Source of the DNA: an uncultured Alphaproteobacteria bacterium
GTDB taxonomy: Bacteria > Pseudomonadota > Alphaproteobacteria > Rhizobiales > Hyphomicrobiaceae
Assembly: GCA_963750715.1 (NCBI GenBank)
Contig: CAVVRP010000012.1
Span: forward strand, 659,956-723,955
DNA length: 64,000 nt
Direction of reading: 5' to 3'
The stretch's first letter is position 1; each line of letters starts with the position of its first letter. Under the pieces are notes generated by a model that was not told the DNA's origin, searched no databases, and saw only the letters and a list, made by a program, of their open reading frames with translations. The position numbers and the translations under genes are program-made. This document shows, piece after piece, positions 32,026-45,734 of the stretch.

Positions 32026-32107
32026 AAAGGCGTGAAACCGCAAGTGGTGAGTGGGGCTCTTGTTCGACCCAACCACTCACGACTGACGATCCACGACATG
32101 CGCCAAA

Positions 32108-32380
32108 TTAGTTCAGCGCTTCCTTGAGACCCTTGGAAGGGGTGAACTTCGGCACGCGCGAGGCGGCGATCTTGATGATCGCGCCCGTTGCCGGATTGCG
32201 GCCTTCGCGCTCTTTGCGGCTCGCCACTTTGAAGGTGCCGAAATCGGGAATACGAACCTCTGCGCCGTTCTTCATCGAATTACGGATGTGGGCCAACACG
32301 GCATCGACGGCAGAGGCGGCTTTCTCCTTCGTCAGCTCGCAGTCCTTCGCAACCGCATCGATCAAGTCTTTCTTGCTCAT
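32108..32380 (-). CDS. hupB: DNA-binding protein HU
   Basis: 90 aa: MSKKDLIDAVAK...RNPATGAIIKIAASRVPKFTPSKGLKEALN. A GAGGA Shine-Dalgarno sequence lies upstream. Its position downstream of lon matches the clpP-clpX-lon-hupB arrangement. Confidence 0.93.
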   Translation of the reverse strand: MSKKDLIDAVAKDCELTKEKAASAVDAVLAHIRNSMKNGAEVRIPDFGTFKVASRKEREGRNPATGAIIKIAASRVPKFTPSKGLKEALN

Positions 32381-32641
32381 GTTTCGTCCTCGTAACCGGA
32401 TTGTCCAGATGACGTGCACGTAGCGCCGGTAATCCGGGGCTCGCGACGGACCTCAAGGCCCATTCAAGGCGCCTGTGGGCACTGTGAAGGCCGCAAAAAG
32501 CGCCCAATTGCCGATGCCGTCAAGTGGAAAAGCATCCCGAAATCCCCTAAGAACAGCGGGAAAGACGCCCCCATCGATCACGAAAACGCCAAAAGCCCCG
32601 CCCCCCGAAAAGAGGGCGGGATTTTAAGCTTATCGGATCGG

Positions 32642-35068
<2,427 letters not shown>

Positions 35069-35365
35069 GACTGTCTCGTTTCTCCTCGACGATCCATACG
35101 ACTGGACTGTCTGGGTTGATCGCCTTCGCCCCTATTTTGATCCGTAAGAAGGCCCCTTTGAAGGCAGCCCCCGTTTCGATCGAAGCGAAGCACGCGGGTG
35201 ATATGTCGCCTTCCCGCCGAGCCGAGCAAACCCGTTGGTAGCCGAGTTGGCGACTGCCCGAAGTCCATTAATTGGGGATCACTACACCAGGATCAAGTAC
35301 CGGGTGCACCGAGACCACACTTGCCACCGTCCGCCGCCACCTTTGCGGCCCGGCACAGGTGCGGA

Positions 35366-36631
35366 TCACGATGCGGTCGAACCTTTTTCTTCGGCCCGGT
35401 CGGTATAGATCCGGAGCGGACGGGCGCCCCCTTCGACAACCTCGGGACCGATCACGACATCTTCAACGCCCTTCAATGCGGGCAGGTCGAACATCGTATC
35501 GAGCAGAATGCCTTCCATGATGGAACGCAGGCCACGCGCACCCGTCTTGCGTTCGATGGCCTTGCGGGCAATCGCCTTCAGCGCATCCTGGGTGATGGTG
35601 AGCTTCACATCTTCCATTTCGAACAGCCGCTGGTACTGCTTGACGAGCGCGTTCTTCGGTTCGGTCAGGATCTGCACGAGGGCCGTTTCGTCGAGATCTT
35701 CAAGCGTGGCGATGACCGGCAAGCGGCCGATGAACTCTGGGATCAGCCCGAACTTCAGCAGATCCTCCGGTTCCACCTGGCGCAGAATGTCGCCCGTGCG
35801 CCGTTCGTCGGGACCGGTGACCTTGGCGCCGAAGCCGATCGACGTGCCCTTGCCGCGACGCGAGATGATCTTCTCCAGACCCGCGAATGCACCTCCGCAG
35901 ATGAACAGGATGTTCGACGTATCGACCTGCAGGAACTCCTGCTGGGGATGCTTCCGGCCACCCTGCGGCGGCACGGACGCAACCGTGCCTTCCATGATCT
36001 TCAGCAGCGCTTGCTGCACGCCCTCACCAGATACATCACGGGTGATCGAGGGATTGTCGGACTTGCGGCTGATCTTGTCGATCTCGTCGATGTAGACGAT
36101 GCCGCGCTGAGCCCGCTCGACGTTGTAGTCGGCGCTTTGCAGCAGCTTCAGGATGATGTTCTCTACGTCCTCACCGACATAGCCAGCTTCGGTCAGCGTC
36201 GTGGCGTCGGCCATCGTGAACGGCACGTCGAGGATGCGCGCCAGCGTCTGAGCCAGCAGCGTCTTGCCGCAACCGGTCGGCCCGACAAGAAGAATGTTCG
36301 ACTTGGCCAGTTCCACGTCATTGTTTTTGGCGGCGTGGTTCAGCCGCTTGTAGTGGTTGTGCACGGCGACCGAGAGCACGCGCTTAGCGTGGAACTGGCC
36401 GATCACGTAGCTGTCCAGGACGTTGCAGATTTCCTGCGGTGTCGGCACGCCGTCACGCGACTTGACGAGGGTGTTCTTATTCTCCTCGCGGATGATGTCC
36501 ATGCACAGTTCGACGCACTCGTCGCAGATGAACACCGTCGGCCCGGCGATGAGCTTGCGCACCTCATGCTGGCTCTTGCCGCAGAACGAGCAATAGAGGG
36601 TGTTCTTCTCTTGAGCCATTCGATCTCTCAC
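35366..36631 (-). CDS. clpX: ATP-dependent Clp protease ATP-binding subunit ClpX
   Basis: Zn finger [26 protein letters not shown] and Walker A GPTGCGKT. The start is either 36631 or 36619 (MAQEKN...). Confidence 0.96.
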   Translation of the reverse strand: MRDRMAQEKNTLYCSFCGKSQHEVRKLIAGPTVFICDECVELCMDIIREENKNTLVKSRDGVPTPQEICNVLDSYVIGQFHAKRVLSVAVHNHYKRLNHAAKNNDVELAKSNILLVGPTGCGKTLLAQTLARILDVPFTMADATTLTEAGYVGEDVENIILKLLQSADYNVERAQRGIVYIDEIDKISRKSDNPSITRDVSGEGVQQALLKIMEGTVASVPPQGGRKHPQQEFLQVDTSNILFICGGAFAGLEKIISRRGKGTSIGFGAKVTGPDERRTGDILRQVEPEDLLKFGLIPEFIGRLPVIATLEDLDETALVQILTEPKNALVKQYQRLFEMEDVKLTITQDALKAIARKAIERKTGARGLRSIMEGILLDTMFDLPALKGVEDVVIGPEVVEGGARPLRIYTDRAEEKGSTAS

Positions 36632-36947
36632 CCGTGCGTTGTAGAGTTCCGCCGCCGTCGCCGGCTGCCACCAGCCCGGGACGCGGGCTGAACGCTCTCG
36701 AAGTATGCGCGAAGCGCCACCCTAATTTGCCAATCTGAGCACGCTACGGCTGCTCAGATCAAGAATGGATTAACAGTTTGCTCGCGCCGTCAGGCCTTTT
36801 TAGCGTTACGATTGCCGCTTCGTTAGAGTTCTATGTATTTGCTCCCGGGCACCGGCGGGCACAAGATGCATGCCGTGACAGACGGTTAAGCGATTTAGCC
36901 GCCGGGTGTCGTAAGCATGGCAGCCAGAGCGGCTCCCGGCAAGGTTA

Positions 36948-37595
36948 TCACGCCGGCTTCACTTCGCCGATCTTGCCGTCGGCCTCTTCCCGGCTTGCCA
37001 GAACCTTGTCGACGATGCCAAATTCGCATGCCTGATCTGCAGTCATGAAGTAATCGCGATCGAGGGTCTTCTCGATCATCTCGTACGGCTTGCCGGTATG
37101 CTTGACATAGATTTCGTTGAGGCGCCGTTTCATCTTGATAATGTCTTCGGCATGACGTTCTATATCCGATGCCTGACCGGAGAACCCGCCAGAGGGCTGA
37201 TGCACCATGACGCGGGCGTTGGTCAGGGCGAAGCGCATGTCCTTGGCGCCGGCGCACAGAAGCAGCGAGCCCATAGAGGCGGCCTGGCCGATGCACAAGG
37301 TGGCAACCGGCGGCTTGATGAACTGCATGGTATCGTAGATCGCCATTCCGCTTGTCACCACCCCGCCTGGCGAGTTGATGTACATGGAGATTTCCTTCTT
37401 CGGATTCTCCGATTCGAGAAACAGCAGCTGCATGCAGATTGAAGCGGCCATGTGGTCTTCCACCGGACCCGTGACGAAGATGATGCGCTCTTTCAGTAGG
37501 CGTGAGGGCAGATCGTAGCCCCGCTCGCCGCGCGCGGTCTGCTCAACGACCATCGGCCAGAACGTGTTCGTGACAGTGGCGACGGGATCGCGCAT
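36948..37595 (-). CDS. clpP: ATP-dependent Clp protease proteolytic subunit
   Basis: 215 aa from MRDPVATV..., with an AAGGAGA Shine-Dalgarno sequence upstream. Catalytic context is present: GQAASMG, MVHQP, DRD. Confidence 0.95.
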   Translation of the reverse strand: MRDPVATVTNTFWPMVVEQTARGERGYDLPSRLLKERIIFVTGPVEDHMAASICMQLLFLESENPKKEISMYINSPGGVVTSGMAIYDTMQFIKPPVATLCIGQAASMGSLLLCAGAKDMRFALTNARVMVHQPSGGFSGQASDIERHAEDIIKMKRRLNEIYVKHTGKPYEMIEKTLDRDYFMTADQACEFGIVDKVLASREEADGKIGEVKPA

Positions 37596-37758
37596 GGCTT
37601 GTGGTCTCCTTGGTGAGCCAGCCGCTCGGGGCCGACTTGAAACGTTCCGCTTGTGGCGGGCAAATTCCAATAGCGGCGATATCGCCGCCCTCTCAATTCA
37701 GCACACCAGCTTGCGACTTCAAGCCCCTTGTCCAGATCAGGTGTTCCGGTCGCCCGGA

Positions 37759-39114
37759 TCAGGCTTCCGTGACTTGCTTGACCTGCTCGAACAGTTCAGC
37801 GCGCGTCACAACCTTTTCTGCCGGTTTCACCTTCTCCAGAACGAAGTCGACGACCTTGTCTTCGAAGATGGGAGCCCGCAGTTCCTGTATGGCGCCGGGC
37901 GTCTTCTCGAAATACTCGTAGACGAACTTCTCCTGTCCGGGATAGCGGCGCGCATGTTCCATGAGAGCGCGGCGCAACTCGTCCTGCGTCACCTCGATGC
38001 GGTTCTCGTCGCCGAGCTGGCCGACGACGAGCCCGAGGCGCACGCGCCGCTCGGCGATGCACTGGTACTCCGCCCTGAGTTCCTCTTCCGACTTGCCCTC
38101 GTCGGCGATCGACTTGTTCTGCTGCTGGAGGCTGCGCTGGAGCTGCATCCAGATCGCGTCGAATTCGCGCTGCACGAGCGACGGCGGCAGCTCGAACGGG
38201 TGAGCTTTCTCCAGTTCATCGAGCAATTCGCGCTTCAGCTTGACGCGCGCAGCGGCCTGGAATTCACGCTCTATCTGCTCGCTGACGAGCTTCTTCAGAT
38301 TGTCGACATTGTCAGCGCCGAGCGACTTGGCGAACTCGTCGTCGAGCACAGCTTCGACGGGCTTTTCGACTTCATTGACCGTCACATCGAAGACTGCGGA
38401 CTTGCCGGTAAGCTCGGCCACCGGATAGGCTTCCGGGAAGGTGCAGGCGACGTCGCGCCGCTCGCCCTTCACGGCGCCGACGATGCCTTCCTCGAAGCCG
38501 GGGATGAAGTTGGCGCTTCCCAGCGTCAGGCTGAGGCCGTCGCCCTTGCCGCCCTCGAACTCCTCACCGTTGATGCGGCCGACGTAGCTGATGCTCACGC
38601 GGTCGCCCATTTCAGCCTTGCGGCCTTCCTCGGGGGCGAAACTACCCGCGCGCGCCAGAAGATCCTTCATCGAGTTTTCGATCGTTTCGTCGTCCACCTT
38701 GGCGACAAGGCGCTCGACCTTGAGTTTCCCAAGATCCGTGATCTTGATCTCGGGCAGCACTTCGAAGGTCATAGAATAGGCGAGGTCCGACTTGCCTTCG
38801 ATGATCCGGTTGATCTCATCTTGGTCCTCGGTGAGCGCGATGTCAGGCATCTGCGCCGGACGTTCCTTGAGCTCCTTGATTGCCGCCTGACTGGTCTCGC
38901 GGATCGCATCCTGCAAGACCTCGGTCATGAGAGAACGGCCGTACACCTTCTTGATGTGCGCAAGCGGCACCTTGCCCTTGCGGAAGCCCTTGAGCTGGAC
39001 GTTGCCCTTGACGCTGTCGAGGCGCGTTTCGAAACGCTCGCCCAACTCGCCGGCCCCAACCACGACTTTGAGCGTCCGCTTCAAGCCGTCCGCGTTCGCT
39101 TCCACAATCTGCAT
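37759..39114 (-). CDS. tig: Trigger factor
   Basis: 451 aa. The N-terminal ribosome-binding motif region (GFRKGKVP), the FKBP-type PPIase middle domain and the C-terminal arm are all present. Confidence 0.95.
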   Translation of the reverse strand: MQIVEANADGLKRTLKVVVGAGELGERFETRLDSVKGNVQLKGFRKGKVPLAHIKKVYGRSLMTEVLQDAIRETSQAAIKELKERPAQMPDIALTEDQDEINRIIEGKSDLAYSMTFEVLPEIKITDLGKLKVERLVAKVDDETIENSMKDLLARAGSFAPEEGRKAEMGDRVSISYVGRINGEEFEGGKGDGLSLTLGSANFIPGFEEGIVGAVKGERRDVACTFPEAYPVAELTGKSAVFDVTVNEVEKPVEAVLDDEFAKSLGADNVDNLKKLVSEQIEREFQAAARVKLKRELLDELEKAHPFELPPSLVQREFDAIWMQLQRSLQQQNKSIADEGKSEEELRAEYQCIAERRVRLGLVVGQLGDENRIEVTQDELRRALMEHARRYPGQEKFVYEYFEKTPGAIQELRAPIFEDKVVDFVLEKVKPAEKVVTRAELFEQVKQVTEA

Positions 39115-39210
39115 GTCACTGCCTTCGCTTCATCAAGCCTTGTACATCAACGCCGCCGAGGCCGATCATCGGCCCGGACCATTAATCGATGTCCGATCGC
39201 GGTACGACCC

Positions 39211-39295
<85 letters not shown>

Positions 39296-39440
39296 GAAGG
39301 CGACAAAGAGTGCGGATCCACCTTCGGACTACCGCCGGCCCCGTGCCGCCTGACGCAACCGGACGCTCATATATCCGGCCAAGTCCGGCAAGATCAATCG
39401 CAATCCGACACAATGTTACTTCAGCAGTCGACCCCGGCAC

Positions 39441-42400
39441 TTACAGCCCGCCGGAGGCGCCTTGTGATCGCACGCGGAACCTGCCACTGGCTGGACCCGG
39501 CCCTGGATCGCGTGGACCGGGACGATGAGCGGGCCCGACCCCCGTCACGGAGTGGGGGCTTGTCCTGTGGCTGCGACAGCCGGCACGCTCCGATGTCCAG
39601 GGGATGCTCTTGCGGCCGATCGCACGGCACAGAACGTAGAAAACCGGCGTGAAGATCAGGCCGAAGAAGGTTACGCCGAGCATACCTGAGAACACAGCGG
39701 TGCCCAGCGACTGGCGCAATTCGGCGCCCGCCCCCGTCGCGATCACCAGCGGCACGACACCAAGAATGAATGCCAGCGACGTCATGAGGATCGGCCGCAA
39801 ACGGGTTTTCGCGGCTAACACGGCGGCGTCAAAGCGGTTCATCCCGTCGTCTTCCGCCTGCTTGGCAAACTCGACGATCAAGATGGCATTCTTGGCGGCG
39901 AGACCGACGAGGACAACAAGCCCTATCTCGACAAGGATGTTGCGGTCGAGACCGCGGATGTTCACGCCGATCATGGCCGCCAGAATACACATCGGCACGA
40001 TCAGGATGACGGCGAGCGGCAGAAGCCAACTTTCGTAGAGTGCCGCAAGCAGCAGGAACACGAACACAACCGCCAGACCGAATGCGATGGCAGCAGTATT
40101 GCCGGCGAGTTTTTCCTGCAGCGCGATCTCAGTCCATTCGAAGCCAAACCCGGACGGCAGCTTCTCGGATGCGATCTTCTCGATGGCGGCGATGCCCTGC
40201 CCGGAGGAATAGCCGCGCGCCAGACCCATCTGGACCTCGGCCGCCGGATAGAGATTGTAGCGCGGCACGCGGTAGGCGCCCGTCGTATCCTCGAACGTCG
40301 CGACGGCGCCGATCGGCACCATGTCGCCTTCATTGTTACGCGTCTTCAGGTTGGCGACGTCGCGCAGCGTCAGGCGGAATGGGTCGTCAGCCTGCGCCGT
40401 CACGCGGAACGTCCGGCCGAGAATGTTGAACTCGTTGACGAAGGCGGAGCCCATGTAGACCGAGAGCGTATCGAACACCCGGCTGATCGGCATGCCGAGT
40501 TGCTCGGCCTTGGTGCGGTCGATGTCGGCGAAGATCTGCGGCGTGCGCGTGTTGAATAGGGTGAATGGCTGCACGATGCCGGGAACGTGCGCCGCCGCAC
40601 CCGCGACCGCCCACGTCGCGGCTTCCAGCGCCGGCAACCCACGCCCGGTCCTGTCCTGTACATAGCCCTTGAGACCGCCACCCGTGCCAATGCCCGGCAC
40701 CGAGGGCGGCTCCAGCACGAAGATGAAGGCTTCGCGGAACTGCGGCATCTGCTGGCGAAGGTCGGCAAGGATGCCGTCCTTTGTCAGGTTTTCTTTGATG
40801 CGCTCTTGGAAAGACTTGAGCCGCGTGAAGATCACGGCGGTGTTGGGCGCATTGGTGAACGTCGCGCCGTCAAAGCCGACGAACGTCACGGCGGCTTCGA
40901 TCCCCGGCCGTGACAGGATCACGTCGGCCGCCCTTCGGACAACGGCATCGGTGCGGTCGAGAGTGGATCCTGGCGGCAGCGAAAACGCAGTAATGAAATA
41001 GGTCCGGTCGAGCTGCGGCACCAGTCCCGTCGGCGTCGATGCCAGGCGGTCGTAGGTGACATAGAGCAGACCGGCATAGGCGACGAGGAGGACTGCGCTG
41101 AGTCGCACCAGGCGCGCGGTCAGCCGGCCGTATTCCGAGGAGAGCCGATCGAAGCCCCAGTTGAATGCGCGGAAGAAGGCGCGCACGGGTGCGCCGAACT
41201 TGTGCCCGACGCCGGTCGGGTCACGCTCGGTATGCGGCTTCAGCAGCAGGGCGGCAAGCGCCGGCGACAACGTCAAAGAGACGAAACAGGAAATCGCGGT
41301 CGAGGCCGCGATGGTGATCGCAAACTGCTTGTAGAAGGTTCCCTGCAGACCCGAGATGAAGGCCGTCGGCAGGAACACGCCGATCAGCACCAGCGAGATG
41401 GCGATGATCGCCCCACCGACCTCATCCATCGTCTTATGTGCGGCTTCGGCGGGCGACAGTCCTTTGCGCAGATATCGTTCGACGTTCTCGACGACGACGA
41501 TCGCGTCGTCGACCACGATGCCGATCGCGAGCACGAGCCCGAATAGCGACAGCGTATTGAATGTGATGCCAAGCGCCGCCATGATCGCGAACGTGCCGAT
41601 CAGCGACACAGGGATCGCGACGATCGGAATGACGGCAGCGCGCCACGTCTGCAGGAACAGGATCACAACCGCGACCACGAGCAGCATCGCTTCGAACAGC
41701 GTTGCCTGCACCGCCTCAACGGAAGAGGCGATGAACTCCGTCGGGTTGTAAACGACGGTATAGGCGACGCCGGGCGGGAAGCTCTTCGAAAGTTCCTCCA
41801 TGTAGGCCTTGACGCGGGCCGCCGTCGCCAGCGCGTTCGACCCCGGCCGCTGGAACACCACGAGGGCGGTCGCGACCTTGTTGTTGAGGTAGGCGTTGAC
41901 TGTGTAATCCTGCGAACCCAGTTCGACGCGGGCAATATCGCGCACGCGCGTGACCGCGCCATCCGGCTCCGTCTTGACGACGATGTCCTCGAATTGATCG
42001 ACCGAGGTCAGGCGGCCCAACGTCTGCACGGACAGCGTGAAGGCCCCCGGGGACGATGCCGGCGGTTGGTTGATTGCGCCGGCCGCCACCTGCAGGTTCG
42101 CCGCTCTGAGCGCAAGAACGACATCGCTCGCCGTCAGTCCGCGGGAAGCAACCTTCGCTGGATCGAGCCAAACCCGCATGGAATAATCGCGCGCACCAAA
42201 AATACGCACGTCGCCGATCCCGTCAATACGCGCGAGCGCGTCGCGCACGTACAGGGTCGCGAAGTTGGAGATGTACTGCTGATCGCGCGAACCGTCGGGC
42301 GAGATCATGTGCACGACCATCATCAGGTCGGGCGACGCCTTGCGGACCGTCAAGCCCAGCCGGCGCACGTCTTCCGGCAGACGCGGCTCGGCGACAGCAA

Positions 42401-42743
42401 CACGATTCTGCACGAGAACCTGCGCCTGGTCGATGTTGGTGCCGGGCTTGAATACGACGTTGATCGAAAGACGCCCGTCACCCGTCGATTGCGACGAGAT
42501 GTAGAGCATGTTGTCGACGCCGTTGACCTCCTGCTCGATCGGCGTTGCGACCGTCTCGGCGACCACGGCGGCGGTGGCGCCGGGATAGCTGGCCGAGATG
42601 TTGACGGTCGGCGGAGCGATCTCCGGGTACTCTCCGATCGGCAAGGTGAGCGCAGCCATGGCGCCGACGATCGTGATCAGCAGCGAGAGTACTGTCGCGA
42701 AGATCGGCCGGTCGATGAAAAAGTGCGGAAACTTCATCAGCAA
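39441..42743 (-). CDS. RND multidrug efflux permease (AcrB/MexB-like); 3' end doubtful
   Basis: FFIDRPIFATVLSLLITIVG... with 12-TM RND topology throughout. The last ~51 codons (after ...CRAIGRKSIP) are Arg/Gly/Pro/Ser-rich and look out of frame. An alternative frame stops at 39545-39547. Confidence 0.9.
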   Translation of the reverse strand: MLMKFPHFFIDRPIFATVLSLLITIVGAMAALTLPIGEYPEIAPPTVNISASYPGATAAVVAETVATPIEQEVNGVDNMLYISSQSTGDGRLSINVVFKPGTNIDQAQVLVQNRVAVAEPRLPEDVRRLGLTVRKASPDLMMVVHMISPDGSRDQQYISNFATLYVRDALARIDGIGDVRIFGARDYSMRVWLDPAKVASRGLTASDVVLALRAANLQVAAGAINQPPASSPGAFTLSVQTLGRLTSVDQFEDIVVKTEPDGAVTRVRDIARVELGSQDYTVNAYLNNKVATALVVFQRPGSNALATAARVKAYMEELSKSFPPGVAYTVVYNPTEFIASSVEAVQATLFEAMLLVVAVVILFLQTWRAAVIPIVAIPVSLIGTFAIMAALGITFNTLSLFGLVLAIGIVVDDAIVVVENVERYLRKGLSPAEAAHKTMDEVGGAIIAISLVLIGVFLPTAFISGLQGTFYKQFAITIAASTAISCFVSLTLSPALAALLLKPHTERDPTGVGHKFGAPVRAFFRAFNWGFDRLSSEYGRLTARLVRLSAVLLVAYAGLLYVTYDRLASTPTGLVPQLDRTYFITAFSLPPGSTLDRTDAVVRRAADVILSRPGIEAAVTFVGFDGATFTNAPNTAVIFTRLKSFQERIKENLTKDGILADLRQQMPQFREAFIFVLEPPSVPGIGTGGGLKGYVQDRTGRGLPALEAATWAVAGAAAHVPGIVQPFTLFNTRTPQIFADIDRTKAEQLGMPISRVFDTLSVYMGSAFVNEFNILGRTFRVTAQADDPFRLTLRDVANLKTRNNEGDMVPIGAVATFEDTTGAYRVPRYNLYPAAEVQMGLARGYSSGQGIAAIEKIASEKLPSGFGFEWTEIALQEKLAGNTAAIAFGLAVVFVFLLLAALYESWLLPLAVILIVPMCILAAMIGVNIRGLDRNILVEIGLVVLVGLAAKNAILIVEFAKQAEDDGMNRFDAAVLAAKTRLRPILMTSLAFILGVVPLVIATGAGAELRQSLGTAVFSGMLGVTFFGLIFTPVFYVLCRAIGRKSIPWTSERAGCRSHRTSPHSVTGVGPAHRPGPRDPGPGPASGRFRVRSQGASGGL

Positions 42744-42753
42744 CGCCCCGCGC

Positions 42754-43902
42754 TCAGTTCATCACTGCTTTGATGTCCCCGGGCTCCGGTTTCACCTTGG
42801 CCCCGGGGCGCACCATCGGATTGGCAATACCGTCGATGACGATCCAGTCGCCGATAGTTAGTCCCGCTCGAACAACTCGCAGGCCCTCGTAGATCGGCCC
42901 CAGCGTCACGGGCTTTGCCACAACGGTTCCCTCGGAATCCACGGCGAACACGATCTTGCGCATCTGGTCGGAAATGACGGCGCTGTCGGGAATGAGGAGA
43001 GCGTCGATCTCGCCGCCGAACAACTGGATGCGACCGAAGAGGCCTGCTTGCAAAAGCTGGTCCTTGTTGTCGACGAGGGCGCGACCGCGCAGCGTGCCGG
43101 ATCGGGCGTTGAGCTGATTATCGACGAAGTCCATCTTGCCCTTGTGCGTGAATTCTTTTTCGTCCGCTAGGCGGATCCGAACGGGATTGCTGACGTCGCG
43201 GGACGATGCCCGCTCGCCGCTGAGGTTGAGGCGGGAATAACGCAGGAAGTCACTTTCCGAAACGTCGAACACGAAGTGGATCGGATCGAGTGAAACGATG
43301 GTGGTCAGCAAGGTTGCGCCGGATGTGCCGCCGATGACGAGATTGCCGACATCGACCTTGCGATCGGAAATGCGGCCCGAAATCGGAGCGACAACGCGCG
43401 TCCATTCCAGATTGAGTTCGGCGGACTTCATGCTGGCTTCAGCCGCCTGCAGCGCCGCACGGGTGACTGACAGATTGGCGTTGCGCTGGTCGAAATCGCG
43501 CTCGGTCACCGCGCCCGACCGGATGAGGGGCCGCGCGCGTTCGACCTCTGTGCCGGCGAGGGCCACCTGGGCATCCGCCCGCGCGATTTCCGCTTTTGCG
43601 CTGTCGACGGCGATCTCGAACGGCCGCCGGTCGATCTCGAATAGCGGGTCGCCCGCCTGGACGATCTGACCGTCCTTGAACAAAATCTTCTCGATGAACC
43701 CCGAGACACGGGGGCGCACTTCAACGCTCTCCACGGCCTCGAAACGGCCGGAATACTCATCCCACGTCGTGATCCTTTTCTCGATCGGCGTGGCAACGGT
43801 GACCGGCGGCGGCGGCGCTTGTGCTCCTGCGGTATCACCTGCCACAAGCAGAACGGCAAAGGCATGCCAAGCTAAAGAGAACGGCTTGAATGATGAAATC
43901 AT
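42754..43902 (-). CDS. RND efflux periplasmic adaptor (membrane fusion protein)
   Basis: Signal peptide, a lipoyl/coiled-coil hairpin (VSGFIEKILFKDGQIVQAGDPLFEID...APISGRISD) and beta-barrel domains. It lies 10 nt upstream of the permease. Confidence 0.9.
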   Translation of the reverse strand: MISSFKPFSLAWHAFAVLLVAGDTAGAQAPPPPVTVATPIEKRITTWDEYSGRFEAVESVEVRPRVSGFIEKILFKDGQIVQAGDPLFEIDRRPFEIAVDSAKAEIARADAQVALAGTEVERARPLIRSGAVTERDFDQRNANLSVTRAALQAAEASMKSAELNLEWTRVVAPISGRISDRKVDVGNLVIGGTSGATLLTTIVSLDPIHFVFDVSESDFLRYSRLNLSGERASSRDVSNPVRIRLADEKEFTHKGKMDFVDNQLNARSGTLRGRALVDNKDQLLQAGLFGRIQLFGGEIDALLIPDSAVISDQMRKIVFAVDSEGTVVAKPVTLGPIYEGLRVVRAGLTIGDWIVIDGIANPMVRPGAKVKPEPGDIKAVMN

Positions 43903-44082
43903 GCCTGTGATGCCCCGAAGAGGAAGACTGCTGTGGGCCGTAGCCGCAACGGAGAAACTTTACCGGACATGTACTATCTGAACGGTAGGTTAGCTCCATT
44001 TGGATCGGCAAGACAACCGCATGGTTGTGCCCAAAATTCAACCATTGTCCAATAGCTCCGTCATAATGGGATATGATGGCAC

Positions 44083-45705
44083 TTGATCCAGGCACATGAG
44101 CATCACATGACAGTCCGCGTCGACCGGCGCCAGTTTCTCTTGAGAAGTGCCCTCGCGGCGATCGGCGCCGTCTCTCCCGCGCAATTGATTGCGGGGGCGG
44201 CCGCGCCGTCTCCAGCCGAAGGTGTGAGGCTAGGCGAGCCAACGCCATTTTCGTTCCAACGCTTGATGGAGCGGGCACGCTTATCGGCCGCGTCACCTTT
44301 CGTTGCCCCGGTGCTCAAGCACGGCGCCACACTCGACCGCATCGACTACGACGCATATCAGCAGGTCACGTTCCGTCGAGACAAAAGCCTGAAGCTCGAT
44401 GCCGACGGCAGCATGCCGGTGCAGCTGTTTCACATGGGTAAGCTGTTCCGTCAGCCGGTCATGATCCACATCGTCGACGGCGCGGTGGCACGCGAGGTGG
44501 TCTACGCCTCGAACCTGTTCGATACTCCGGCCAATCACCCCGCTCGCGAACTGCCCGACGGAATTGGCTTTGCCGGCTTCCGGGTGATGGCGCCCGACCT
44601 CGAAACGGACTGGCTGGCATTCCTTGGCGCGTCGTACTTCCGATCTTCCGGCCCCTACAATCAGTATGGCCTTTCGGCACGCGGACTTGCCATTGACACT
44701 GGCCTACCGACGCCCGAGGAATTCCCGCGCTTCACGGATTTCTGGCTCGAGCAGTCGGCGTCCGGCGGAGGGCCGCTGAAGATCTACTGCCTGCTCGACA
44801 GCCCGAGCGCTGCCGGCGCCTACCGCATGAGCATCGAGATGCTGACCAATGCGCGCGATATCCATCGCGTCGTCATCGACATCGAATGCCAGTTGTATGC
44901 CCGCAAGGATACCCTGCGGCTCGGCATCGCGCCGTTCTCCTCGATGTTCTGGTACGGAGAGGCGAGCCGCAAGCAGGCGGCTGACTGGCGCCCTGAGATC
45001 CACGACAGCGACGGTCTCGCGCTTTGGACCGGTTCGGGCGAACGCATCTGGCGGCCCCTCAACAATCCCGACACGGTCACGACCAACGCATTCATCGACC
45101 GCGATCCCAAAGGGTTCGGCCTGCTGCAAAGGGATCGGGATTTTGTGCATTACCTCGATGACGGCGTGTTCTACGAGCGCCGCCCATCCGTGTGGGTCGA
45201 GCCGCTGGAGCCGTGGGGCGAAGGCGCGGTGCATCTGCTGGAAATTCCAACCGATGACGAAATCCACGACAACATAGCGGTCTACTGGTGTCCGACGGCG
45301 CCGATGCGCCAGGGCGACAATCGCCACTACAGCTACCGGCTGAGCTGGCTGGACGACATTCCGTTCCCCGACAATCTCGCGCAGGCGACGGCCACATGGA
45401 CGGGGCTTGGCGGCCGGCCGGGACACAAGCGGCCCGAAGGCGTGCGCAAGTTCGTCATCGACTTCCAGGGCAAGGTGTTCGCGGGCCTCGGCAGGAACGA
45501 CGGGGTGGAACTCGATATCACCACGTCGCGGGGCACGATTACGAACGCCTACACCCATCCGGTGGTCGATCAGCGCGAACGCTGGCGCGCACTGTTCGAC
45601 GTGGAGGCGCACGGACCCGAGCCGGTCAATCTGCGCGCCTACCTGAGGCGCAACGGCACGGCGCTGACCGAGACCTGGCTCTATCAGCACCTGCCCGCCA
45701 TGTAA
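44083..45705 (+). CDS. opgD: Periplasmic glucan biosynthesis protein, OpgD/OpgG family (Tat signal)
   Basis: Twin-arginine motif DRRQFLLRSALAA, followed by MdoG/MdoD family sequence across about 500 aa. The start may instead be the ATG at 44107. Confidence 0.88.
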   Translation: MIQAHEHHMTVRVDRRQFLLRSALAAIGAVSPAQLIAGAAAPSPAEGVRLGEPTPFSFQRLMERARLSAASPFVAPVLKHGATLDRIDYDAYQQVTFRRDKSLKLDADGSMPVQLFHMGKLFRQPVMIHIVDGAVAREVVYASNLFDTPANHPARELPDGIGFAGFRVMAPDLETDWLAFLGASYFRSSGPYNQYGLSARGLAIDTGLPTPEEFPRFTDFWLEQSASGGGPLKIYCLLDSPSAAGAYRMSIEMLTNARDIHRVVIDIECQLYARKDTLRLGIAPFSSMFWYGEASRKQAADWRPEIHDSDGLALWTGSGERIWRPLNNPDTVTTNAFIDRDPKGFGLLQRDRDFVHYLDDGVFYERRPSVWVEPLEPWGEGAVHLLEIPTDDEIHDNIAVYWCPTAPMRQGDNRHYSYRLSWLDDIPFPDNLAQATATWTGLGGRPGHKRPEGVRKFVIDFQGKVFAGLGRNDGVELDITTSRGTITNAYTHPVVDQRERWRALFDVEAHGPEPVNLRAYLRRNGTALTETWLYQHLPAM

Positions 45706-45734
45706 CGGGCAGCCAGTCGCGCCCTCGGGATGGC

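Noticed and set aside
35069-35365. Heat-shock (sigma-32) promoter upstream of lon
   Set aside because: On the minus strand CTTCAAA resembles a -35 element, but no acceptable CCCCAT or CYTAT -10 element lies at the right spacing. I could not support a call.
35198-36691. 497-aa plus-strand ORF
   Set aside because: It is antisense to clpX, whose Zn finger and Walker motifs are unambiguous. This is a shadow ORF.
44704-45690. 328-aa minus-strand ORF
   Set aside because: It is antisense to opgD, which has a Tat signal and full-length family similarity.
39296-45734. RND pump plus opgD as a tRNA-Leu-associated genomic island
   Set aside because: There is no integrase and no direct repeat of the tRNA 3' end. 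The block lies on the 5' side of the tRNA, and I saw no obvious composition break by eye.
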